Origin: Solirubrobacterales bacterium
GTDB lineage: Bacteria; Actinomycetota; Thermoleophilia; Solirubrobacterales; 70-9
Assembly: GCA_036557525.1 (NCBI GenBank)
Contig: DATBHH010000080.1
Coordinates: 13,746 to 77,745, forward strand
Direction: 5' to 3'
Length of the DNA stretch: 64,000 nt
Below the pieces are notes generated by a model. The model ran no database searches and was not told where the DNA came from. It worked only from the letters and a program-made list of their open reading frames with translations. A program made the translations under genes and the position numbers. Below, in pieces: positions 18,134 through 26,185 of this stretch; position 1 is the stretch's first letter, and the number at the start of each line of letters is the position of its first letter.

Positions 18134-19261
18134 ATGCACCTGGCCGTTCTCGTCGCGGTGCTTGGCGCGATGGTTCTGCCGGCGAGCGCGGGTGCGTTCA
18201 TCTATTGGGCGAACACAGGAACGACGATCGGTCGGGCGAACACCGATGGCAGCGGGGCGAATCCGAATTTCCTCGCCTCCGGCCAAGCCTGTGGCGTCGC
18301 GGTCGATCGGGCCCACATCTATTGGACCGGCAATGCGAACGGCATGATCGGTGCCGGCACGATCGGTCGTGCCAATCTCGACGGCAGCGCCCCCGAACCG
18401 AACTTCATAACCGGCGCCAGCAATCCGTGCGGCCTCGCCGTCGACGGAGCCCATATCTACTGGTCCAACGACGTCGCGACCGGCACGATCGGTCGCGCCA
18501 ACCTCGACGGCACCGGCGTCGACCAGAGCTTCGTTCCCACCGAAGGCTATGCCTGCGGCGTGGCTGTCGATGGCTCCCATCTGTACTGGGCAAACCGCGA
18601 TTTCGGCACGATTGGACGGGCCAATCTCGACGGTAGCGCGGTCTCCGTAAGCCAGAGCTTCATAGCCGGAGGCAGCGACGACGTCTGCGGCGTCGCCGTA
18701 GATGCCGCCCATGTCTACTGGGCCAACTTCAAATCCGGCACGATCGGCCGCGCCGATCTCGACCGCAATCCCGGGAGCGTGAACCAGAGCTTCGTTACGA
18801 CCAAAGGCTACGCCTGCGGCGTGGCGGTCGACAGCTCCTCCATCTACTGGGCCAACCCGCTCGGAAACACGATCGGGAGGGCGAATCTCGATGCCACCGG
18901 CGTCAACGAAAGCCTCACCTCCGCCAACATCCCCTGCTGGGTCGCGGCGGACCTTCCGCCGCTTCCGGCACCCGGTCCGCCGGACACGGCCATCATCCGC
19001 TCGAAGGTCAAGCGCAGGGCCCGCAAGGCCAGGTTCACCTTCAGTGGCTCGGGGGGCAGTGGCGCCCTCAGCTTCCAGTGCAAGCTGGACAAAGGGCCCT
19101 TCCGTACCTGCACCTCGCCAAAGAGGTACAAACATCTTCGGCCGGGGAAACACATCTTCGAGGTGCGGGCGGTTGACTCGACCGGGCAGATCGACCCGAG
19201 CCCCGCCAGCCATAAATTCGGGATCTCCCATAAGAGGAAGAGACACAAGATCCACAGGTAG
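18134..19261 (+). CDS. exported six-bladed YWTD-type (LDL-receptor class B-like) beta-propeller with basic Ig-like C-terminal domain
   Basis: Signal peptide MHLAVLVAVLGAMVLPASAGA. Six repeats of the form (I/L/V)YW(A/T/S)(N/G)...GTIGRA(N/D)LDG....(N/Q)(F/SF/SL)(I/V/L)....CG(V/L)AVD. The tail reads FTFSGSGGSGALSFQCKLDKGPFRTCTSP...PGKHIFEVRAVDSTG. Confidence 0.75.
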   Translation: MHLAVLVAVLGAMVLPASAGAFIYWANTGTTIGRANTDGSGANPNFLASGQACGVAVDRAHIYWTGNANGMIGAGTIGRANLDGSAPEPNFITGASNPCGLAVDGAHIYWSNDVATGTIGRANLDGTGVDQSFVPTEGYACGVAVDGSHLYWANRDFGTIGRANLDGSAVSVSQSFIAGGSDDVCGVAVDAAHVYWANFKSGTIGRADLDRNPGSVNQSFVTTKGYACGVAVDSSSIYWANPLGNTIGRANLDATGVNESLTSANIPCWVAADLPPLPAPGPPDTAIIRSKVKRRARKARFTFSGSGGSGALSFQCKLDKGPFRTCTSPKRYKHLRPGKHIFEVRAVDSTGQIDPSPASHKFGISHKRKRHKIHR

Positions 19262-19316
19262 ACGGAAGGGGCGACAAAAGCCTTCAGCCGGCTTGCCCGG
19301 GCTGGGCTCAAATGCG

Positions 19317-19363
19317 ACCAGTGGTTGGACTATTGGTAGAACCATTGGTACCATCACCTGGTG
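19317..19363. promoter_or_regulatory. candidate TetR operator region (dense ACCA/TGGT palindromes)
   Basis: ACCAgTGGTtggactatTGGTagaACCAtTGGTACCAtcACCTGGTg lies immediately upstream of, and overlaps, the GTG of the TetR gene. It includes the perfect 8-mer palindrome TGGTACCA. Confidence 0.35.
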
Positions 19364-20050
19364 TCCGCGAGTCGAGTAAGGAGAAGCGCGACGCGACGCG
19401 AGCGCCGCAGCCAGCGCGAGCAAGCGATCGTCACGGCGGCACGCACGCTCCTGGACGAGCGCGGCTGGAGCGACGCGCCCGTCCAGAAGATCGCCCATGC
19501 CGCCGGCATGCACAAACCGGACGTCTATCGCACCTTCGACTCCAAGGAGGAGATCTTCGTCTTGACGCTCGCCGATTACCTCGCCGAGCTCGAGGGCCGC
19601 AGCGCCGCGGCGCGTGAACCCAAAGACCCGGCCGCCGCGCTTCGGCAAGCCTGTCTCCGCTACGTCGAGTTCTGCCTCGAGTACCCCGCCTTCATGGACT
19701 GTGCGTTGTCGCTCATGCATCGGCCCGCCGACGGATTGCGCGAGCAGGTCTCCGACGCGGTCTGGGTTCGCCTCGGCAAGGCGATGGCCGCCTGCGTGGG
19801 CCGGCTGGAGCGGATTCTCGCCGCCGGCGCCGAGCGCGGGGTGTTCGCGATCGAGGACCCCACCTTCACGGCCAACCTGCTGTGTACGCAGATGCTCGGT
19901 TCGATGCAGCTGGCGCGCATCGGCGCCGGCGTGCGCGAGGTGGCGCCCGGAGTCGCCGCCACCTTCGAAGTCAAGCCCGAGCGCGTCCGCGATGCCTGTG
20001 TCGGGGATGTGCTGACCGCGGCGCGAAACCCCGAGGGGGCTTCGGCGTGA
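19361..20050 (+). CDS. TetR/AcrR family transcriptional regulator
   Basis: HTH region AIVTAARTLLDERGWSDAPVQKIAHAAGMHKPDVYRTFDSKEEIF. Confidence 0.85.
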   Translation: MSASRVRRSATRRERRSQREQAIVTAARTLLDERGWSDAPVQKIAHAAGMHKPDVYRTFDSKEEIFVLTLADYLAELEGRSAAAREPKDPAAALRQACLRYVEFCLEYPAFMDCALSLMHRPADGLREQVSDAVWVRLGKAMAACVGRLERILAAGAERGVFAIEDPTFTANLLCTQMLGSMQLARIGAGVREVAPGVAATFEVKPERVRDACVGDVLTAARNPEGASA

Positions 20051-20952
20051 GCGCGATGGAGGTCAAGACCGAAACGCTCCACGGCCGCTCGGTGAGCTAC
20101 GCCGAGGCGGGCGAGGGCCCGGCCCTGCTGCTGATCCACGGCATGGGGGGGAACTTCGAAAACTGGCAGGAGGTGATCGAGCCGCTGGCGAGTAATCACA
20201 CCGTGATCGCCCCTGACCTGCCCGGGCACGGCGACTCGGCGCCGGGCGGCGGTGACTACTCCATCGGGGCGCTGGCCGCCGGCCTGCGTGATCTGCTCCT
20301 CGCGCTCGGCCATCAGCGCGTCACGCTCGTCGGGCACTCGCTCGGCGGCGGGATCGCGATGCAGTTCGCCTACCAGTTCCCGGAGATGGTCGAGCGCCTG
20401 GTGCTGGTCTCAAGCGGCGGCCTCGGCCGCGAGGTGAGCCCGATCCTGCGCGCCGCGGCGCTCCCCGGCGCCGAGCTCTTCATCTCGGCGACCGCCGGGG
20501 TCGGAGGGCGGGTCGGATCCGCGCTCGCGGGCGGCCTCGGGGCGATCGGCCTGCGACCGAACGCCGACATCGCCGAGGTTGCGCGCGGCTATGCCTCCTT
20601 GGCCGACCCCAAGCGCCGCGCCGCATTCCTGGCCACGGTGCACTCGGTAATCGGCACCGGTGGCCAACGGGTCAACGCCAGCGATCGCCTCTATCTGGCC
20701 GAGGCCGTTCCGGTGCTGATCGTCTGGGGCGCCCGTGATCCGATCATCCCGGCTCACCACGGCGAGCACGCCCACCGCAACATCCCGGGCAGCCGGCTCG
20801 AGGTCTTCGAGGGAGTGGGTCACCTGCCCCAGCTCGAGGCGCCGTCGCGTTTCGTCGTCGTGCTCGAGCGGTTCCTGGCCGAGACCGAGCCGGCGCGGTT
20901 CGACCCCGAGGACTGGCGGGCCCGGTTTCAGGCCGCTAGGGCCGCCTCTTAG
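20047..20952 (+). CDS. alpha/beta hydrolase
   Basis: LLLIHGMGGNFENW, nucleophile elbow GHSLGG, C-terminal GHLPQLE. The GTG at 20047 overlaps the TetR stop (GTGA). ATG at 20056 is the alternative start. Confidence 0.85.
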   Translation: MSAMEVKTETLHGRSVSYAEAGEGPALLLIHGMGGNFENWQEVIEPLASNHTVIAPDLPGHGDSAPGGGDYSIGALAAGLRDLLLALGHQRVTLVGHSLGGGIAMQFAYQFPEMVERLVLVSSGGLGREVSPILRAAALPGAELFISATAGVGGRVGSALAGGLGAIGLRPNADIAEVARGYASLADPKRRAAFLATVHSVIGTGGQRVNASDRLYLAEAVPVLIVWGARDPIIPAHHGEHAHRNIPGSRLEVFEGVGHLPQLEAPSRFVVVLERFLAETEPARFDPEDWRARFQAARAAS

Positions 20953-21029
20953 GCCGAGGGTGGCGGGGGAACACCGCATCGGGTTCGACCGAGGTTGTCC
21001 ACGCGGCTTCGGCGCGCCTAGGATGGGGT

Positions 21030-24000
21030 GTGGGTCCGGGGGCCGCAACTCGCACCGTCTGTCTCATCCTCGTCTCGGGCGCCGGCTTTTTCGCCGGCCT
21101 GGGCGCGCTGTCCCCGCCCCCGGCCGCGGCGGACGAACTGAAACTCGATTTTGAGTCGGGCCCGCCCCTCGACACCCCGATCGAAGCCGAGTACCGCGAA
21201 AGCGCCTTCGTCTTCTGGGAACGCCCCGACCCCGGCTTCCGTCCCTACCGCGAGCAGGCACCACTGGGGGTGCCGACTCAATCCGGCAGCGTCTACGCGG
21301 ACATCAGCGACCACTGCTACCCGGGCGAGAGCGACAACGCCGGCGATTGCGAGATCTTCATCCCGGGGACGCAGGGCAACCTGGTCCGCACCGCGAGCGG
21401 CGTGACGCTCTACGCGGGGCTCTCCTCGGCTTCCGCTGAAGCGGTCAGCGCGAAGCTGACCGCCTACGACGCCTCGCACCAGGAACTCGACAGCGCCGAA
21501 GTGCCGATCGGCGTCGGCTTCACGACACCGATCAGCGTCAGCAGCGCCGCCGCCAACATCGCCAGCTTCATCCTCACCGTGGAAGGGCCGGGCAAGTACG
21601 GCGCCGCGCTCGGCTTCGACGACCTCACGCTCGACTTCCCGACCAACTCGCTGCCCGACATCTCACTGGCCGCGCCGATCGAAACCGTCGCCGTCCTGGA
21701 GGGCGGCTCGGTCGAAGCGCCGCTGCGGGTGACGCGGCTCAACGGCTCAAACGGGCCGGTCGCGTTCTCGGTCACGGGGCTGCCAGCCGGCGTGACGGGC
21801 ACGGTGACGCCCGAACCGCTGCCCGGCACCCAGGCCAATGCGGTCATCCACCTCACCGCGGCCGAAGACGCCGAAGTCACCCCGCTGAAGACCGCGACGG
21901 TCACCGCCGACCCGCAGGGCGACGCCAACGTCGCGCCGGAACCGCGCAGCGCGCAGTTCAACGTCCGGGTGGCGCGGTCGTTCGGGATCGCGGGGAGCGG
22001 CGAAGCGCTTCACCTGCCGCAGTGCGCCCCGGTCGACCGCGAATTCGTGCTGGAACGCGACCGCTCGTTCGCCGGCACGCTCTTCCTCAGCGTCGAGGGC
22101 GCGCCGGCCGGGGTGCAGGTGCAGATCCTGCCCGGCAGCGTCGTCCCGCCGGGCGGCAACTTCAACGTGAACGGCACGCTGCGGGTCAGCCGCGGCGCCG
22201 AACCGGTCCCGCCCGAAAGCGTGCTGACGCTACGCGCGAGGGCCTCCGGCTTCCCCGACCAGACCCTCGCGGTGCCGATCGACAACGCCGCGCCGATGGC
22301 GACAGCGAGCCCCGGCTTCGCGCGGACGCCGCGCCGGGAGCAGCCCGGGACGACCGTTCGCCTCGACGGCAACGGCTTCTGCCCGGGGAGCGAGGTCGAC
22401 GTCGGCACGACCCCCTCGGGCGAACCCAACCTTCCCGCCCGGGCGGAAGCGACCGTGGCAGGTGACCTCCACAGCCTCACCTTCCAGGTGCCGCGGGCGG
22501 GCATGAGCGGGCCGGTCACGGTCCTGCCGCCGTTCGCGGGCGGCGGTGTCGCGTTCCCCGGACTCGCGCCCTCCTATCCAACCCAGAACTCAATCGAAGT
22601 CCGCAGCTTCCGCGGCGAGTTCGGCTTCGCCTTCCGGAACTACGACTTCTCCGGCCTCTCCCTGTCCGAGCTGACCGAAGCGGTCGGCGCCGACGACCTC
22701 TTCCTCCAGATCAACCCCTGCTGGCCCTGGGGCAGCTGCTACGTGCCGACCGGCATCCTCGATCCGATCGCGGCGATCGAGTGGCCGCTCTTCAGCGGCA
22801 TCCTGATCGGGAGTGACGGCCACTGCTACGGGATGAACCGCGCCGTCCAGGAGTTCATGGCCCACAAGGTCCCCTACAATCGCTTCGCCTCCGGCGTCCA
22901 TGACGTCTTCGACCTGCCGAGCGCAGGCGGCCCCCAGAACGGCCTCGGCAGCTACCTCGACTCGCGCCAGGCGCTGCAGCTGACCGCGGAGGCGCTCTAC
23001 CGCCGGCTCACCCGCGACCCCCGCCTCGACGTGCAGCTCGAACGCATCCAGTACCAGTTCGAACACGGCATGCACCCCGGCGTGACGATGAGGCGCGGGA
23101 CCATCGGCGGACACGAGGTGACGGCGACCGACATGGTCCACCACCCGGACGGCTCGCTCGAAATCCTCAGCTACGACAACAACTTCCCGCAGACGCAGAA
23201 AGAGCTGGAAGACCCGGTCACCCACAGCTTCATGGAGACGGACGGCGGGGCGATCAGGATCAACGCCGCCCACGACCACTGGGAATTCACCAGCGCCGGC
23301 GGGACCAAATTCTCGGGCGGAGGAGACGACGGCACCCTCTATGCGGTGCCGCTCGAAGACATCCCGGACAACCCGAGTCTGCCCGGCCTCACCGACCTCG
23401 ACCTGATCGTCGACATCTTCGGCTCGGTGGAGGGCGCGGCGACGACCGGTGGCGCCTCGCCCGGGGCAGAGGACGAACCGCTTGTGGCCGGCGCGGGCGG
23501 CAACGAAGCTGCCGGGATGGTGCTGGCGAGGAAGGGCGCCGACTCCCTCAGCCACAGGATGAAGGGCCTGAAGGGCGGCAGCTACTCACAGCTGATCGCG
23601 GGCCCCGGCTTCGTCGCCGCGACGCCCAAGGTCGAGACCGCGAAGGGCGTCGTCGACAGGATGTCGATCAGGCCGGTGGCCGGCAGGGTCACCTTCGTCG
23701 GCGGCCGCGATCGCGAGCTGGCGCTCGATCTCGCGATCGACAGGGGCAGGGTGCATCGCGGGGCGTCGGTCGAGACGACGGCGAGCAAGGGTGGCGAGGA
23801 CGTGGCCGCGCTGGGCCACGGCAAGTCGCTCGTCTACACGCACGATGGCGGCGCGGCGCGGGTGAGGATCTCGCTCACCAACGTGGCCCGCGCCGGCGGC
23901 CCCGCCACCTTCCGCTCGCCCGGGATGACCGTTCGCCGCGGCGAGCGCCTGAAGATGACCCCGCTCGACTGGCACTCGCTCCACCGGGTCCGGGTCACGG

Positions 24001-24368
24001 CAAGGCTCAGGGGCGGGAAGACCAGGACCCGCGTCCTCCGCAACACCGCCGGAGCCAGCGAGCGCTTCGCCATCGGCCGACCACGGCTCAAGGGCCACCG
24101 GGCCGAGGTTCCCCTCCGCTTCCTCCACGTATCGCAGCCGGCGGTCGGCGGCCTCGTCCTCCGCCTCCTCCGCGGGAACCGCATCCTCGCCAAGAAGGCG
24201 ATCGCGATCAAGCACCCGAAGCGCGGCCGCCGCAGCTTCGATTGGCGCCTGCCCCGGGTCCCCGCCGGCGACTACCGCCTGCAGGTCAACGCGGCCCTCG
24301 CCGGCGGCGCAGATCACCCGTCGCGTCGTACTGCGGCCCGCCATGCCTCGGTCCGCATCTCGAGATGA
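21030..24368 (+). CDS. large (1112 aa) exported multidomain protein, unknown function
   Basis: N-terminal hydrophobic signal, Ig-like segments, an IPT/TIG-like segment (TTVRLDGNGFCPGSEVDVG), a central region with ordered Cys/His/Asp-Asn candidates, and a basic C-terminal module ending PAGDYRLQV. Confidence 0.7.
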   Translation: MGPGAATRTVCLILVSGAGFFAGLGALSPPPAAADELKLDFESGPPLDTPIEAEYRESAFVFWERPDPGFRPYREQAPLGVPTQSGSVYADISDHCYPGESDNAGDCEIFIPGTQGNLVRTASGVTLYAGLSSASAEAVSAKLTAYDASHQELDSAEVPIGVGFTTPISVSSAAANIASFILTVEGPGKYGAALGFDDLTLDFPTNSLPDISLAAPIETVAVLEGGSVEAPLRVTRLNGSNGPVAFSVTGLPAGVTGTVTPEPLPGTQANAVIHLTAAEDAEVTPLKTATVTADPQGDANVAPEPRSAQFNVRVARSFGIAGSGEALHLPQCAPVDREFVLERDRSFAGTLFLSVEGAPAGVQVQILPGSVVPPGGNFNVNGTLRVSRGAEPVPPESVLTLRARASGFPDQTLAVPIDNAAPMATASPGFARTPRREQPGTTVRLDGNGFCPGSEVDVGTTPSGEPNLPARAEATVAGDLHSLTFQVPRAGMSGPVTVLPPFAGGGVAFPGLAPSYPTQNSIEVRSFRGEFGFAFRNYDFSGLSLSELTEAVGADDLFLQINPCWPWGSCYVPTGILDPIAAIEWPLFSGILIGSDGHCYGMNRAVQEFMAHKVPYNRFASGVHDVFDLPSAGGPQNGLGSYLDSRQALQLTAEALYRRLTRDPRLDVQLERIQYQFEHGMHPGVTMRRGTIGGHEVTATDMVHHPDGSLEILSYDNNFPQTQKELEDPVTHSFMETDGGAIRINAAHDHWEFTSAGGTKFSGGGDDGTLYAVPLEDIPDNPSLPGLTDLDLIVDIFGSVEGAATTGGASPGAEDEPLVAGAGGNEAAGMVLARKGADSLSHRMKGLKGGSYSQLIAGPGFVAATPKVETAKGVVDRMSIRPVAGRVTFVGGRDRELALDLAIDRGRVHRGASVETTASKGGEDVAALGHGKSLVYTHDGGAARVRISLTNVARAGGPATFRSPGMTVRRGERLKMTPLDWHSLHRVRVTARLRGGKTRTRVLRNTAGASERFAIGRPRLKGHRAEVPLRFLHVSQPAVGGLVLRLLRGNRILAKKAIAIKHPKRGRRSFDWRLPRVPAGDYRLQVNAALAGGADHPSRRTAARHASVRISR

Positions 24369-24436
24369 CCCCGCTCTCCCGCTGCCTCGCGGCGACTGCT
24401 TTCGCCCGGCGCCGGGAGCGGACGCCCCTCTCGCCG

Positions 24437-25342
24437 CTAGAAGCCACGCGAAAGGTGGGACTTGAACAGCGAGCCGGTCATCGCCACGTCGGGGTCGCCG
24501 AGAAAGGATGCCGTCAAATCACCGGTCCAGGTGCGAGACCCGTTCCCTGCCCGGCTCAGGGCGGCGGTGCCGGCGAAGGGCGCAACCCCTTTCACGCTCG
24601 CTGAGCTCAGTGCGCGGGAGGCTCGCAGGTCACTTCGGGGGGCAGACGCAGAGACGATGCGGTACGTCCCGAGGCGGTCAACCACGTCCTCCTCGGCTGC
24701 GGTCATCCGGACCCTGCCCCGGGCCCGCTTCGTAGCTTCAAAGGCTCGCGCCACGGGTCCCGAGCGAAAGCCGGCGAACAGACGGGTTCGAGGCCTCCGC
24801 CTTGTCGGGAACAGTTCGGTGGCCGGGGGACGGAATCCGGCGCGCCGTCCGACCCGCAGGCTCCGACGATCCCCCCGCTCGCCACTCGATCGGCAGGCGC
24901 CACCCCCCAGCTCGCTGCCACGGGCCCGCCTGCGAACCGCGGCCAGGTAGCGATGCTCGCCGACGAAGCGCAGGTTGCCGGCGAAGACGCCATCCCGCTT
25001 CATGCGAGGGTGCCCGGGTGCGCAGTGAGCAACGGTGTGCCAGTGGCCCGTCGGCTCGAAACGCATCGCGATCCGCCCGATGCCGGGAAAGACCGCTCGC
25101 AGACCGCCGGCCGTGGCGCCACGTGCGATGTAGTCGGTCTCCGCACGGCGATGCTTGGCGCGTTCGTGGCGCCTGACCTTGATGACGACTGTCGCCCCTC
25201 TGCCGCCCACCGCGACAAGGTAGCCGTGGTCCTTGAACGAGAACCGCAACACGGTCGATCTCGCCGCCAGAGCGTGGGAGGGGCCGAGCGGCAGCAGCAA
25301 TGCCACCCAGAAGACGAGCGACGTGATTGCTCGTGCCCTCAC
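24437..25342 (-). CDS. exported Arg-rich hypothetical protein
   Basis: Signal peptide MRARAITSLVFWVALLLPLGPSHALA. The GTG start overlaps the upstream protease stop (GTGA). No recognisable motif. Confidence 0.5.
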   Translation of the reverse strand: MRARAITSLVFWVALLLPLGPSHALAARSTVLRFSFKDHGYLVAVGGRGATVVIKVRRHERAKHRRAETDYIARGATAGGLRAVFPGIGRIAMRFEPTGHWHTVAHCAPGHPRMKRDGVFAGNLRFVGEHRYLAAVRRRARGSELGGGACRSSGERGDRRSLRVGRRAGFRPPATELFPTRRRPRTRLFAGFRSGPVARAFEATKRARGRVRMTAAEEDVVDRLGTYRIVSASAPRSDLRASRALSSASVKGVAPFAGTAALSRAGNGSRTWTGDLTASFLGDPDVAMTGSLFKSHLSRGF

Positions 25343-26091
25343 CGGATTCTCCCGGCCACGTGCGCCAACCTGGCGACGGCGTCCCCGAAGTAGGGCCCAT
25401 AGTCGGTTACCGGGTCGTCGTAGTAGGAGCTGGACGTGACGCCGTTGAGCAGATCGCCGTCGATGAACCAGCCGCCTCCCGAGGCGCCGTCGCTGATCCG
25501 ACAGGAAACGCCAAGCTCGAGCGGACCGGGCATGAGGAGGGCCTCGAGGTCTGGACCGCGGCGTGCCGCTCCCTGGCAGACCTGAAGTGTCCCGCCGTTG
25601 AAAGGGCGGGCGACCGGATACCCGTACACGTCGAAGGTGCGCGGATGGCGACCGGTCACAAGCCGGTCGGCGCCGACTGCCTGGGCCAGGAGTTCACCCC
25701 GTTCGTTCCGACCGACGACGGCGGCCCCGACGTCGAAGTTGTCGTTCTCGGCTCGACGCCACTGCGGCGTCGTGCCCAGCCAATCGGCGATGAAGGTCCC
25801 GAATGGCCGTTCGCCGTGCCGGTACCCGGGGACGAAGACCCAGCGCCGGCCGGACCAATGGCCTTCGTCGAATACGCAATGGCCGGCGGTGATCACGAGG
25901 CTCCTGTTGGGGGCGACCGCTGACGTCCCCGAACAGCGGCCGTAGCCGCCGTCTTCCCGGATGAAGATCGCGCCGTTGACCGAGGGTCCCGGTGCGGTGG
26001 GATCCGGGACCGTGACCGATTTCGCCGCCGAGGCGAGGCTCGGCAGCGCCAGCAGCGCGATCGACATCGCAGCGAGGCTGAGCAAGCGCAT
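25339..26091 (-). CDS. exported trypsin-like (S1) serine protease
   Basis: Signal peptide MRLLSLAAMSIALLALPSLASA from ATG at 26091. His motif VITAGHCV, Ser motif DGASGGGW. The longer ORF start at 26181 would read through the tRNA-like repeat. Confidence 0.8.
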   Translation of the reverse strand: MRLLSLAAMSIALLALPSLASAAKSVTVPDPTAPGPSVNGAIFIREDGGYGRCSGTSAVAPNRSLVITAGHCVFDEGHWSGRRWVFVPGYRHGERPFGTFIADWLGTTPQWRRAENDNFDVGAAVVGRNERGELLAQAVGADRLVTGRHPRTFDVYGYPVARPFNGGTLQVCQGAARRGPDLEALLMPGPLELGVSCRISDGASGGGWFIDGDLLNGVTSSSYYDDPVTDYGPYFGDAVARLAHVAGRIR

Positions 26092-26121
26092 CGCGTGTGA
26101 TTCTCCTCCGAGACCGGGATT

Positions 26122-26179
26122 CTGCGAACCCGAGGGTCGCCGGTTCGAATCCTGTTGAGCGCATTGAGAATTTCGGCGC
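26122..26179 (+). repeat. degenerate copy of tRNA-Arg (anticodon loop to 3' end) plus its 3' flank
   Basis: Hand alignment to 10742..10799 gives 48/58 matches, including TTCGAATCCTGT and the 12-nt post-tRNA flank TTGAGAATTTCG. Same orientation as the intact tRNA. Confidence 0.65.
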
Positions 26180-26185
26180 ATCCGG

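Noticed and set aside
18180-18900. Regularly spaced DNA repeats that could resemble a repeat array.
   Set aside because: The period is about 130 bp and the units are imperfect and in-frame. They encode the six YWTD blades of 18134..19261. They are not a CRISPR or other non-coding array.
10784-26121. Search for an integrase, excisionase, transposase or phage gene that would explain the tRNA-Arg repeats.
   Set aside because: No ORF in any frame shows recombinase motifs that I can recognise by eye (R..H..R..Y tyrosine-recombinase box, serine-recombinase N-terminus, DDE). The island interpretation therefore rests on the repeats alone and is reported as a hypothesis.
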